From Kiritimatiellia bacterium (GTDB lineage: Bacteria > Verrucomicrobiota > Kiritimatiellia > RFP12 > UBA1067), in the NCBI GenBank assembly GCA_017652705.1, contig JAGCAM010000079.1:11475-75474 (forward strand): a DNA stretch of 64,000 nt, given 5' to 3'. The notes under the pieces are model-generated. The model had not been told where the DNA came from. It did no database searches and worked only from the letters and a program-made list of their open reading frames with translations. The position numbers were made by a program, and so were the translations under genes. Below are positions 27,684-36,866 of the stretch, piece after piece (the stretch's first letter is position 1; each line of letters starts with the position of its first letter).

Positions 27684-29771
27684 TCAGAACTTCACGGAAG
27701 TCGAGAGCGTATCGACGAAACCGGGCTGTCCGCCGCCGACGTAAACCGCGGTTTCACCCGAGGGCACCGTCGCTTTGCCGTCTTCGCCGAAAACCGCGAA
27801 CTGCTCGTTCAGCAGCGTGAAGGTGACGTTCCGCGACGCACCGGGGGCGATGCGAACGCGCGTGAACCCCTCAAGATGGTGCAGACGGCGGTCGCCGGCC
27901 GCGGCGGGGGCTTTCAGATAGAGCTGCACGACTTCGTCGCCGGCGAGCTTGCCGGTGTTTTTCACGTTGACGGTGATCTCTGCGCCGGACGCCGTCTTTT
28001 TGGCCCGGATGTCGGAGTAGGCGAAAGTCGTATAGGAAAGTCCGTAACCGAACGGATACGCCGGCTTTTTCGTGGCGTAGCGGTAGGTGCGCCCGACGAG
28101 GGTGTAGTCGGCGAACGCGGGAAGGTCGTCGTAGGATTTCGGGTAGGTGATGGGGAGCCTCCCGGCCGGGTTGTTTTTGCCGAATATCGTGCGGGCGACT
28201 GCGCGCCCCCCCTGTTCACCGGGATACCATGCGAGAATGACCGCGTCGGAATTTCTGACGACCGGCTCGAGATCGAACGGGCTGCCGCCGAAGATGACCG
28301 AGACTACGCACTTGCAGCTCTTGCGGTAGCCCTCAAGCAGTTTCAACTGGTTCTGGGGCAGCGAATAGGAGGTGCGGTCGCCGCCGGAATTGTTGACGCT
28401 GCACCCCTCCTCGCCTTCGTCTTCGGCGGTGATGCCGAGACAGACTATCGCGATGTCGCTGCCGTGGGCGCCTTCGGGCACGCCGATTACGCGAACCCCC
28501 GGGCCTGCCTCTTCGACCACCCCGGAGAAGACTGTTGACGGACGCGCAGCGTAGCCGCAGTAGTTGCCGATAAGAGCCACTTCGTCCATCGCGCGCGGAC
28601 CGACCACGCCCACGCAGACGGCTTTCTTGGGGTCGAACGGCAGTGCGCCGTTGTTGGAAATCAGCACGAGAGATTTCTCGGCGGCCTCAAGCGCGAGATC
28701 GCGGTTGGCCTCGGTCGCGACGTCCTTTTCGCCGAGGTGATCCCACGGCGTGGAACCGTTTCTGTCGAACTGGCCGAGCAGAACGCGGGTGTTGAGAAGC
28801 TGCACCAGCGGTCGCTTGAGCTCGTCGCCGGTGACCTTGCCCTCTTTAATGGCGTCGCGGAGGCAGGCGTAGGTGCCTTCCGAACAAAGGTCGAGACCGG
28901 CCGCGATCGCCGCTTTGCACGCCGCCACCCTGTCGGCGGTGAAATGATGTCCGGTGTGGATGTCGGCGACCGCGCCGACATCGCTGACGATATGGCCTTT
29001 GAAGCCCCATTCGCCGCGGAGGATGTCCGTGAGCAGTTCGCGGTTGGCGCAGCACGGCACGCCGTTGAGGGCGCTGTAGGCGCCCATGAACGCCTCGACT
29101 TTCGCGTGCATCGCCAACGTGCGGAACGCCGGCAGATAGTATTCGCGGAGATCCCGCGCCGAAACCTTGGCGTTGAACCCGTGGCGCAGACGCTCGGGCC
29201 CCGAATGCACCGCGAAGTGTTTGGCGCACGCCGCGGTTTTCAGATACTTTTTGTCGTACCCCTGCAGCCCGCGGACGTACGCTCCGCCCATTACGCCGGA
29301 GAGGTAGGGGTCTTCGCCGAACGTCTCCTGGCCGCGCCCCCAGCGCGGATCGCGGAACATGTTGACGTTGGGGCTCCACAGGGTAAGCCCTTTGTAGATT
29401 TCACGCTGGTCGCGTTCGCGGAAGAGGTTGTACTTGGCGCGCGTCTCGGTCGAGACGACGTCGCCGACGCGCTCCTGCAAGCCGGAGTCGAACGAGGCGG
29501 CCATGCCCATCGACTGCGGGAACACCGTGGCGAGACCGGCGCGGGCGATGCCGTGCAGCGCCTCGTTCCACCAGTGGTAGCGGGGAATCCCGAGCCTGTC
29601 GACGGCGGGGGAGTCCATCATCAGCAGATCGACGCGTTCCTCTGGGGAGAGTTGCTCGACCATCGTCCGCGCGCGCAGCTCGCATTCGGAACGGCGGTAG
29701 TCGGAAGGTATGGCTGCGGCGGATGCCGCGGCGAACGCGGCGATGGAACCAGCGGCTATTTTCATGTTCAT
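27684..29771 (-). CDS. Glycoside hydrolase family 3 (beta-glucosidase/beta-xylosidase, BglX-like), secreted.
   Basis: The 695-aa ORF has a signal peptide. GH3 N-domain motifs include WNEALHG and KHFAVHSGPE. The catalytic region reads GFKGHIVSDVGAV. A C-terminal alpha/beta domain and FnIII-like domain follow. Confidence 0.9.
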   Translation of the reverse strand: MNMKIAAGSIAAFAAASAAAIPSDYRRSECELRARTMVEQLSPEERVDLLMMDSPAVDRLGIPRYHWWNEALHGIARAGLATVFPQSMGMAASFDSGLQERVGDVVSTETRAKYNLFRERDQREIYKGLTLWSPNVNMFRDPRWGRGQETFGEDPYLSGVMGGAYVRGLQGYDKKYLKTAACAKHFAVHSGPERLRHGFNAKVSARDLREYYLPAFRTLAMHAKVEAFMGAYSALNGVPCCANRELLTDILRGEWGFKGHIVSDVGAVADIHTGHHFTADRVAACKAAIAAGLDLCSEGTYACLRDAIKEGKVTGDELKRPLVQLLNTRVLLGQFDRNGSTPWDHLGEKDVATEANRDLALEAAEKSLVLISNNGALPFDPKKAVCVGVVGPRAMDEVALIGNYCGYAARPSTVFSGVVEEAGPGVRVIGVPEGAHGSDIAIVCLGITAEDEGEEGCSVNNSGGDRTSYSLPQNQLKLLEGYRKSCKCVVSVIFGGSPFDLEPVVRNSDAVILAWYPGEQGGRAVARTIFGKNNPAGRLPITYPKSYDDLPAFADYTLVGRTYRYATKKPAYPFGYGLSYTTFAYSDIRAKKTASGAEITVNVKNTGKLAGDEVVQLYLKAPAAAGDRRLHHLEGFTRVRIAPGASRNVTFTLLNEQFAVFGEDGKATVPSGETAVYVGGGQPGFVDTLSTSVKF

Positions 29772-30397
29772 TTGACTTCTCCGTGTGGGATTTTAACCTT
29801 TGCGGGTTGAAAAATCATTTGAAGGCCACTTTCGCCGGCGCAAGGCCGTCGGAACTCGCGGTCAGTTCGGCAGCCCCTTCCGCACTCGATGCCCGCCCCC
29901 GGGTACCAGCGCGAAGCGTGGTTGTAGGTCGAACACGCGACGACGACGTGGTTCGACTTTGCCGCCAGCAGCCCGGTGACGTCCATCCGGAAACTCATGT
30001 AGCCGTAGTCCCAGCCGCCGGCCAGCCGCCAGTTGACGTAGCCTTTCGCGTCGGCCATGACGCCGTCGAATTCAAGGTAGGCTTTGTCGCCGTTCTCGAG
30101 CAGCGCCCAGTCCGCCGCCGGAATGTCGTCCACCCACCTGCGGTACATGTAGGCCCCCTTCCACGGCAGCTTGCCGGTGACCGGCCCGGCCAGGGGGTTG
30201 AACGGGCCTTCGATCGCGGCGTCGTGAGGCACTTCGACCTTTCGCCATCCTTCGGTCGGATCCGCCGCCTGGATGTTGCGCAGGTGGTCGCCGTTCAAGT
30301 CGCGGATGTACAGCCATCCGCCGTCGAGCGGAACCGTGCCCGCACCGGCGGCGAAGACGCCGCCGAGAACGGCGAGCGGAAAAATGATCTTTCGCAT
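29768..30397 (-). pseudogene. Truncated or frameshifted GH2 N-terminal sugar-binding domain fragment with its own signal peptide.
   Basis: VPHDAAIEGPFN...YLEFDGVMADAKGYVN...GGWDYGYMSF...RWYPGAGI matches the GH2 N-domain of the giant protein. The frame then degenerates (ECGRGCRTDREF...) and stops 3 bp before the GH3 start. Confidence 0.5.
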
Positions 30398-30400
30398 GCC

Positions 30401-33400
30401 TCAGTTCTCGCGGAAGATGAACTTTGAAAAAGCTCCCGGATCGCTGTTGTAGCCGTTGCCGCGCGTATGCAGGCGGGACATCTCGGTGGTGTGCGGGGTT
30501 CGCTTGTTGAGCGGACGGATCGTCTTGTCGCCGCGGCGGAGGCGGATGAAGTTCCCCGTCCAGGACATGCCCCCTGAAGTCGTCGGGTGCACCGCGTCTT
30601 TGTAGAGCGCGATCATCGGCTTGTACGGCACGTAAAGTTCGATGCTCCACGACTTCTCGTTCTTCGCGATCGCGCAGCGGACGCCTTCCGGCCCCTGGGC
30701 CTTCTTGAAGCCGTCGTACCACTCGAACTTGCCGCTCGCGTTGATAATCACGCGGCCGAAAGCGCCGTAGTCGCCGCCGAGGTCGATCAGCGCTTCGACG
30801 CAGTCGTTGACCCAGTAGTTGCCGGTGGGGCCGTCGTTGCAGAGGTTCGCCATGTCGCTTTCGCGGCAGTCCATGCCGAACGTGACTGCGGTCGGCGTCC
30901 ACACCGCGCGTATCGACGTGCCCTCTTTCGGCGTCGTGCCCTCCTTGCGCGCGCCGGTGAACTCCTGCGCTTCGGCCAGCTTCCAGCAAGCGTCGTCGAG
31001 CTTGCCGTCGATCACGGGGTCCTGCGACACTTTCTGCATCATGAGCGGCGCAAAGGCGCTGCCGGCGGCGTATTCGGCCGATTCCTTGAAAAACTGCGTG
31101 AAGCCGCCTTTGTAGTAGGCGATGCGCTTCATGAGCAGCTCGTCGCCGGCGCAGAGCTGCTCTGCCTCGGCGAAGAGCCCCTCCATCCTCAGAACTTCCG
31201 CCCGCGGATAGGAAATCGTGTAGATGTTCCGGTTGTTGACGCGGGAGACCTTCCACTGCCGCTCCCAGCCTGTCTCCTGCAGGCGGACGATCTCGCGCAG
31301 CTGTTTCGCCGCGGGCCCGAACATGCGGTCGGCGAAGGTGTCGTAGACGGAGTCGATGTTCAGCTCGGGGTTCCACAGCAGGCGCATCCAGCAGTAGGCC
31401 GAAAGCACCAGCCGGTCTACCGGGTAACGACCGTTGAGAAAGCTGCCCGCTGTGATTTCGCGCGTGTCGCGGTAGTGGCGCTGGGCCGTCTTGGCGAAGA
31501 TAAACGGCGCCTGGCAGGTCTCCGCCGGCCAGCAGATGTAGTGCCAGTTCTGCACCGGCCGACCCGTCACCCGCGCCCAGTCGCGGATGAGTTGCTCCTG
31601 GAACTCCTTCACCGGCTTCTCCTTCAGCATGGCGAGACCGGGCATCGTGCAGAGAAACGCCTCGACGTTGCCCTCTTCGACGAAGTCCACCCCGTCGGGT
31701 ATGTCGGTCGTGTTGTGGTACGGCAGAATGACTATTTTCCAGCCGGGCAGTTCCTTCTTCGCCCACTTGGCGAGTTCTTTCGTGAAGTAGCCCCAGAGCA
31801 CGTTCGAAAAGCTCACGCGGCTTTCGGCGATGTTCTCCTGCGGGTGTCTGGCGAGTATCGCCTTGCAGTATTTGCAGTTGCAGAAAACGGCGATGTCCCA
31901 CTGCGAAACGGTGATGCACTTCGCCAGCGGTGCGGTGATGTCGCCGCGTGGCGAACCGCTGGCGATTTCGGCGAGGATGCGCTCCTTGTACGTTTCGAGG
32001 GTGCGGGGGTTGCCGTAGCAGAGCAGCGGCATCGTCGCCCGTTTGCCGTCGTCGGTCAGCGCGAAGATTTCCGGCCGCGTGAACATGAAGTTGAGGTTGG
32101 TGTTCCTGTTCCACGCCCCGGGCGCATGCACGTGGTGCTCTCCGCAGTGGCTGTCGCCGTTTTTCCACACCCGGCACCATTCGTTGCCTTCGTACGGCCA
32201 GAGGTCGCGCTTGGCGAAAACCGGCTTGTCGGAGTAACTGAACGCCGGCAGCGAAAGCCCGTATGTTTTCACCACAGTGCGGCCGCCGTTCTTGACGTCC
32301 CAGTATTCGCGCACGGCGAGGGCGCGCTCCGCGAAGTCGGTCGCCGCGTAATCGCACCGCGCGCCGCAAAGGTAGACCGACCCGTCTTTCACGCACACCT
32401 TGAACCCGTGCGCGTCGACGCCCCAGCGCTCGCGCTGGTAGGTGGCGAGCCCCGCGCGGCGCGTCGCCGCTACATCGCCTATGTAGATCGCCGGGGCGTT
32501 GGTGACCGGTCTGCCGCCGCACTCGCGCACGATCCTGAGCCTGGCGCCGGTCATGTCCTCGATCACCGAGGCGATGAACTGCGCGGCGAACTGCCCGTCA
32601 CGCGAATCTTCGCAGACGATGTCCATCGCCGGTATCGAGCCGAGAGCGACGGTCGCGCCGGCGCCGCCCAGCCAGCGGAAATCTTTCACCGGCGTCAGAT
32701 CGCGCGCGTTCACGTTCATCGGGGCGCGCTGCGCATGATAAACCCTGCGGCGGACGTCGTCGACGCGCACCACCGCCCCGCCGCGCTTGCCCGATTCCTC
32801 CGCGGCGGCCATGAGCGCGAAGATCTCGTCGGTTTCCTCGGAAGGGAAAGGCTTCACCCCGGTTTTGAAAAACTTGAGTATCTCCTCGAGCATCGGCGCG
32901 TAACCCTCGTATCCCCCGAGATCGACCACCCCCTTGTCGGCGGTGAACGCCTGGCCGGAGTAATTCCACATCCCGGGCCCGCGCATCATGCGCAGACCGC
33001 CGAATCTGCCGTCGCGCCATCTGACGGCCACGAAATCGTTGCTTTCGTTCGAAAAGCAGCTGACCGATTCGGCACCGACCCCCATCACCGCCACGAGCGG
33101 CTCGAAACCGTGGATGCCGTACCAGGTGAACCGCGAGTGGGTGCGCTCAAGCGGCGAGGGAGCAGCGTAGTTGACGCCGCGCACCACGCCCAGCTCCCCT
33201 TTGCGCGCCGCCTGCACCTTCGAAGTCCACCGCAGCGCGGAACAGCTGAAGAAATTGGCGTTGACCCGGCGCGCCTCGTCGAATATCCGGGTGGCGGACT
33301 GGTAGTCGCTGGCGAGGGGCTTGTCGATGAACACCCGCTTGCCGCTCGCGAAAACCTCCCGCGCCTGGGCCAGATGCTCGCGGCCGTCCTGCGTTTCAAG

Positions 33401-33721
33401 CAGCACCACGTCGCACTTCGCCAGCACGTCTTTGACGCTCGGCTCCATTTCAACGCCCATCTCCTTCATCTGCCCGATGTATTTCGGGTAGTTGTTCGTC
33501 ACCGCGGGTATCGTGCGCGAGCCGTACTTGTACGCGGCCACGACCCGGAAATCTTTGAATATCTCGCGGTCGCGCTTGACGTTGATGTGCCTGGTGAACT
33601 CGGTGGCGTGCGACGTGTCGACGCCGATGACGCCGATCTTGATTTCGCCGGCCGTCGGGGCGGCCGCGGCCGCCGCCGCCGCGAGAAGTGCGATTGAGCG
33701 AAGTGGTCTGTCCATTTTCAT
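30401..33721 (-). CDS. Fusion protein: Gfo/Idh/MocA oxidoreductase, then DUF4838-like domain, then CBM9-like domain. It has a Sec-type signal peptide.
   Basis: After the signal peptide (MKMDRPLRSIALLAAAAAAAAPTAG) comes a Rossmann Gfo/Idh/MocA domain (IKIGVIGVDTSHATEF...). The middle section contains AVFCNCKYCKAILARHPQ and WGYFTKELAKWAKKELPGW, which are nearly identical to the 24913 protein. The C-terminal PVIDGKLDDACWKLAE motif is CBM9-like. The ORF track's start at 33757 adds 12 residues. Confidence 0.7.
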   Translation of the reverse strand: MKMDRPLRSIALLAAAAAAAAPTAGEIKIGVIGVDTSHATEFTRHINVKRDREIFKDFRVVAAYKYGSRTIPAVTNNYPKYIGQMKEMGVEMEPSVKDVLAKCDVVLLETQDGREHLAQAREVFASGKRVFIDKPLASDYQSATRIFDEARRVNANFFSCSALRWTSKVQAARKGELGVVRGVNYAAPSPLERTHSRFTWYGIHGFEPLVAVMGVGAESVSCFSNESNDFVAVRWRDGRFGGLRMMRGPGMWNYSGQAFTADKGVVDLGGYEGYAPMLEEILKFFKTGVKPFPSEETDEIFALMAAAEESGKRGGAVVRVDDVRRRVYHAQRAPMNVNARDLTPVKDFRWLGGAGATVALGSIPAMDIVCEDSRDGQFAAQFIASVIEDMTGARLRIVRECGGRPVTNAPAIYIGDVAATRRAGLATYQRERWGVDAHGFKVCVKDGSVYLCGARCDYAATDFAERALAVREYWDVKNGGRTVVKTYGLSLPAFSYSDKPVFAKRDLWPYEGNEWCRVWKNGDSHCGEHHVHAPGAWNRNTNLNFMFTRPEIFALTDDGKRATMPLLCYGNPRTLETYKERILAEIASGSPRGDITAPLAKCITVSQWDIAVFCNCKYCKAILARHPQENIAESRVSFSNVLWGYFTKELAKWAKKELPGWKIVILPYHNTTDIPDGVDFVEEGNVEAFLCTMPGLAMLKEKPVKEFQEQLIRDWARVTGRPVQNWHYICWPAETCQAPFIFAKTAQRHYRDTREITAGSFLNGRYPVDRLVLSAYCWMRLLWNPELNIDSVYDTFADRMFGPAAKQLREIVRLQETGWERQWKVSRVNNRNIYTISYPRAEVLRMEGLFAEAEQLCAGDELLMKRIAYYKGGFTQFFKESAEYAAGSAFAPLMMQKVSQDPVIDGKLDDACWKLAEAQEFTGARKEGTTPKEGTSIRAVWTPTAVTFGMDCRESDMANLCNDGPTGNYWVNDCVEALIDLGGDYGAFGRVIINASGKFEWYDGFKKAQGPEGVRCAIAKNEKSWSIELYVPYKPMIALYKDAVHPTTSGGMSWTGNFIRLRRGDKTIRPLNKRTPHTTEMSRLHTRGNGYNSDPGAFSKFIFREN

Positions 33722-33876
33722 GACTCCGGTTAGTGGTTGTGGCTGTTCGATTCTCAAAGTCCAGAGCTGCAGACTCTGCCGTTCTGAAAGATATTTGTCG
33801 CGGAAACCGCGGGTGTGAAGCCAGCCTTCGGCGATGTTGGGCTTTTCAACATACCGCTCTCATCGCCGCACCGCCG

Positions 33877-35232
33877 TCAGCCGCGGAACCGCACCGGCGG
33901 CTCCCAGCCTTTCGCGTATTCGTCGCGGCACCACAGCTTCGCGGCAGCCCCTTTGTTCTGCAGCGCACCCGTCTTCGCGTCGAGCCGGATGGTTTCGCCG
34001 GTCGACCACGCCAAATTGGCGGTGTGCGCCATCTGCGTCGTCGCGAGCGACTTGTCCGGACCAGCGAAGCATAGTTTCGGATCCTTCGCGCGGATCGCGT
34101 CCACCCAGTTGCTGACGTGGTCGGTGTCCATGTAGCTCGCGCCGGTCGTGGACTGTATCCACTCGAACGCGCTCTGATCAAGCCACTTGCCGACGAGTTT
34201 GCTCTTGTTGTCGTACTGGAAAACCCCGTCCTGCGGGTGGAAAAGCACCGAACCGCCGGGGCCGAAGAACATGCACCCCGTGCCGATGTCGTGCGGCGCC
34301 TTCACGTTCGTCGACGAGAGGCATTCGAAAGTGATGATGCGCCCGTCGGCGAACTGGTAGCTCGCGTGCTGGGTGTCGGGCCATTCCCAGTCGTCGCCGG
34401 AGTGGAAGCACCTCGCGCCGAGCGAAACCGTCTTCACCGGGTAGTCCACGCCCATGCCCCAGCGGGCGATGTCGAGAAAGTGCGGCGAGTTGTTGCCCAT
34501 CTCGCCGGTGCCCCAGCGGCGGAACCAGTGCCAGTTGTAATGCACGTAATTGTCGTGGAAGTCCGTGCGCGGCGCCGGCCCCTGCCACATTTCCCAGTCC
34601 AGCCACTTCGGCGGGGCGACCTTCTTGCCGACGCCGATCGTCCCGCGGCGGGAGGTGTACCAGCAGCGTGCGTACTTTACATCGCCGATGAGCTCCTTGA
34701 GCCGCGGTATCATCTCGCGGTACACGCGCGAAGCGCGGCGCTGGCAGCCGATCTGCAGCACCTGGCCTGTCTTCTTCCACGTGTCGAGCAGAATCTGCCC
34801 CTCCTCGCCGTTGTAGCTGCACGGCTTCTCGACGTACACCGCCTTGCCCGCGAGCATGGCCATCCACGCCAGCGGCGCGTGCCAGTGGTCGGGCGTCTCG
34901 CAGATGATCCCGTCGATGTCTTTCATCTCGAGGATCTTGCGGATGTCCGTCGTCTGATAGGGCTTCTTGCCGGTGCGCTTCTCGACTTCCGCCACCGCCG
35001 CCGGCATCCCCTCCGGCCGCGTGTCGACGTCGCAGATCGCCGCCACTTCGACGCCGGGCGTCACCGACGCCGCGCGCATCACCCAAATGCCGCGGCACGC
35101 GCCGCGGCAGCCCATGACCGCCACCCGGACCCGGTTCGACGGAGCGCCCGCCCCGATGACGTTCTTCGCCGACGCGATGAAAAACGCGCCCGCCCCGCCT
35201 TTGATGAAGTTCCTTCTGTCCGTCTTGCTCAT
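33877..35232 (-). CDS. Tat-exported Gfo/Idh/MocA oxidoreductase, a candidate glycoside 3-dehydrogenase.
   Basis: A twin-arginine motif MSKTDRRNFIKGGAGAF is followed by a Rossmann domain. The ORF is 451 aa. Confidence 0.85.
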   Translation of the reverse strand: MSKTDRRNFIKGGAGAFFIASAKNVIGAGAPSNRVRVAVMGCRGACRGIWVMRAASVTPGVEVAAICDVDTRPEGMPAAVAEVEKRTGKKPYQTTDIRKILEMKDIDGIICETPDHWHAPLAWMAMLAGKAVYVEKPCSYNGEEGQILLDTWKKTGQVLQIGCQRRASRVYREMIPRLKELIGDVKYARCWYTSRRGTIGVGKKVAPPKWLDWEMWQGPAPRTDFHDNYVHYNWHWFRRWGTGEMGNNSPHFLDIARWGMGVDYPVKTVSLGARCFHSGDDWEWPDTQHASYQFADGRIITFECLSSTNVKAPHDIGTGCMFFGPGGSVLFHPQDGVFQYDNKSKLVGKWLDQSAFEWIQSTTGASYMDTDHVSNWVDAIRAKDPKLCFAGPDKSLATTQMAHTANLAWSTGETIRLDAKTGALQNKGAAAKLWCRDEYAKGWEPPVRFRG

Positions 35233-35287
35233 TCGATTGCCTCGTTTCCCATGTTGGTTTATGTGATTGAACGCTCCCGTCGCCGCC

Positions 35288-36685
35288 TCACGGCTTCGGC
35301 CAGTACTTGTCGGTGTATTTGGTGGGTATGCCCACTTCGCCCCGCTCGAAATTGTTCGCCAGTATACGCCAGCCGAGGTCCAGCGCGTCGATGAGGTCGA
35401 TGTTCACCGAGAGATCCATCATCTCGCGCTCGAATTCCACGCCGTACTTCAGCAGCTTTTCGTCCCATTCCGACATTTTGAAGCCCATCGACTGCTTTTC
35501 GACCGTTTCCTTGTACTGGGCGTAAAGCTTGATCATCGCGTCCATGATCGTGCGGTGGTCTTCGCGCGTGCAGTTGTTCGCGCGGAACCAATCCTTCTCT
35601 TTCGCCGAATTCTCCCCGGCTTCGGCCTGACCGAGCACCGACCGCTGCAGCGTCGAATACGACTTGCCCTTGTTTACCTGCTGCTTCAGGCGCGACAGCG
35701 AGCCGAAAGGCTCGATGCGCCCGTTTTTGAGGTAGAACTGGCCTTCCGTGATGTAGCCGGTGTTGTCCGGCACCGGGTGGGTCACGTCGTCGCCCGGCAT
35801 CGTCGTCACCGCGAGAATCGTTATCGAGCCCGCGCCTTCGAAATCCACCGCCTTCTCGTAGCGGGCGGCGAGCTGGGAATAGAGATCGCCCGGATACCCG
35901 CGGTTGGAAGGTATCTGCTCCATCGTGATCGCGATTTCCTTCAGCGCGTCGGCGAAGGACGTCATGTCGGTCAGCAGCACCAGCGCGTCTTTGCCGTCGA
36001 GCGCGAACTTCTCCGCCACCGCCAGCGATATGTCGGGCACCAGCACGCACTCCACGGTCGGATCCGCCGCGGTGTGCACGAACATCACCGTCTTCGCGAG
36101 CGCGCCCGATTTGTCGAGGGTGTCGCGGAACTTCAGGTACTCGTCGTGTTTGAGCCCCATGCCGCCGATGACGATCACGTCAGAGTCGGCCTGCAGCGCG
36201 ATGCGCGCGAGCAGCTCGTTGTAGGGCTCGCCGGCGCGCGAGAAAATCGGCAGCTTCTGCGATTTCACCAGCGAGTTGAACAGGTCGATCATCGGTATGT
36301 TCGTGCGCACCATCTCGTGCGGCATCACCCGTTTCGCCGGGTTCACCGACGGCTGGCCGATCGGCGATGGATTCTCGGTTATCTCCGGCCCGCCGTCGCG
36401 CGGCGCCCCCGAACCCGTGAACGCCCGGCCGAGCAGATCGTAGGAAAAGGGAACTTTCATCGTCTCGCCGAGAAACCGCACGCTCGCCGCGGTGTCGACA
36501 CCGCGCGCCCCCGCGAAAATCTGAATCGTCACGTTCGGCCCGTCCAGCTTGATGACCTGCGCAAGCGACGTTCCAGCCCGCGAGACCACCTCCGCTATCT
36601 CGTGGTACTTGACACCCTCCGCGCGGAGCGTCGCCACCGAACCGGCCAGATCGTCTATTTTGTGATAAACAGTGTTGTTGAACAT
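35288..36685 (-). CDS. V/A-type ATP synthase subunit B (non-catalytic nucleotide-binding subunit).
   Basis: The 465-aa ORF starts [28 protein letters not shown], the N-terminal beta-barrel domain. A central RecA-like domain without a Walker A P-loop follows. The C-terminal helical domain matches V-type B subunits. A GATATAAT box lies 6 nt upstream of the ATG. Confidence 0.75.
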   Translation of the reverse strand: MFNNTVYHKIDDLAGSVATLRAEGVKYHEIAEVVSRAGTSLAQVIKLDGPNVTIQIFAGARGVDTAASVRFLGETMKVPFSYDLLGRAFTGSGAPRDGGPEITENPSPIGQPSVNPAKRVMPHEMVRTNIPMIDLFNSLVKSQKLPIFSRAGEPYNELLARIALQADSDVIVIGGMGLKHDEYLKFRDTLDKSGALAKTVMFVHTAADPTVECVLVPDISLAVAEKFALDGKDALVLLTDMTSFADALKEIAITMEQIPSNRGYPGDLYSQLAARYEKAVDFEGAGSITILAVTTMPGDDVTHPVPDNTGYITEGQFYLKNGRIEPFGSLSRLKQQVNKGKSYSTLQRSVLGQAEAGENSAKEKDWFRANNCTREDHRTIMDAMIKLYAQYKETVEKQSMGFKMSEWDEKLLKYGVEFEREMMDLSVNIDLIDALDLGWRILANNFERGEVGIPTKYTDKYWPKP

Positions 36686-36866
36686 AGCTTAATTATATCA
36701 AAAATCTCCCGCCTTGTGTATCGCGCCGGCGCATGTCGCGGATGTCCGCAACTCGCCCGCGACACATTCTTCGCGTCTTTGCGCACGGAAAAAACGGGGA
36801 ACCTCCAAGGGAGCGCCTGTCCCGGCGGCCCCGGCAAAAGCAGGCGCGGCGATGGCGGCAAACCGG

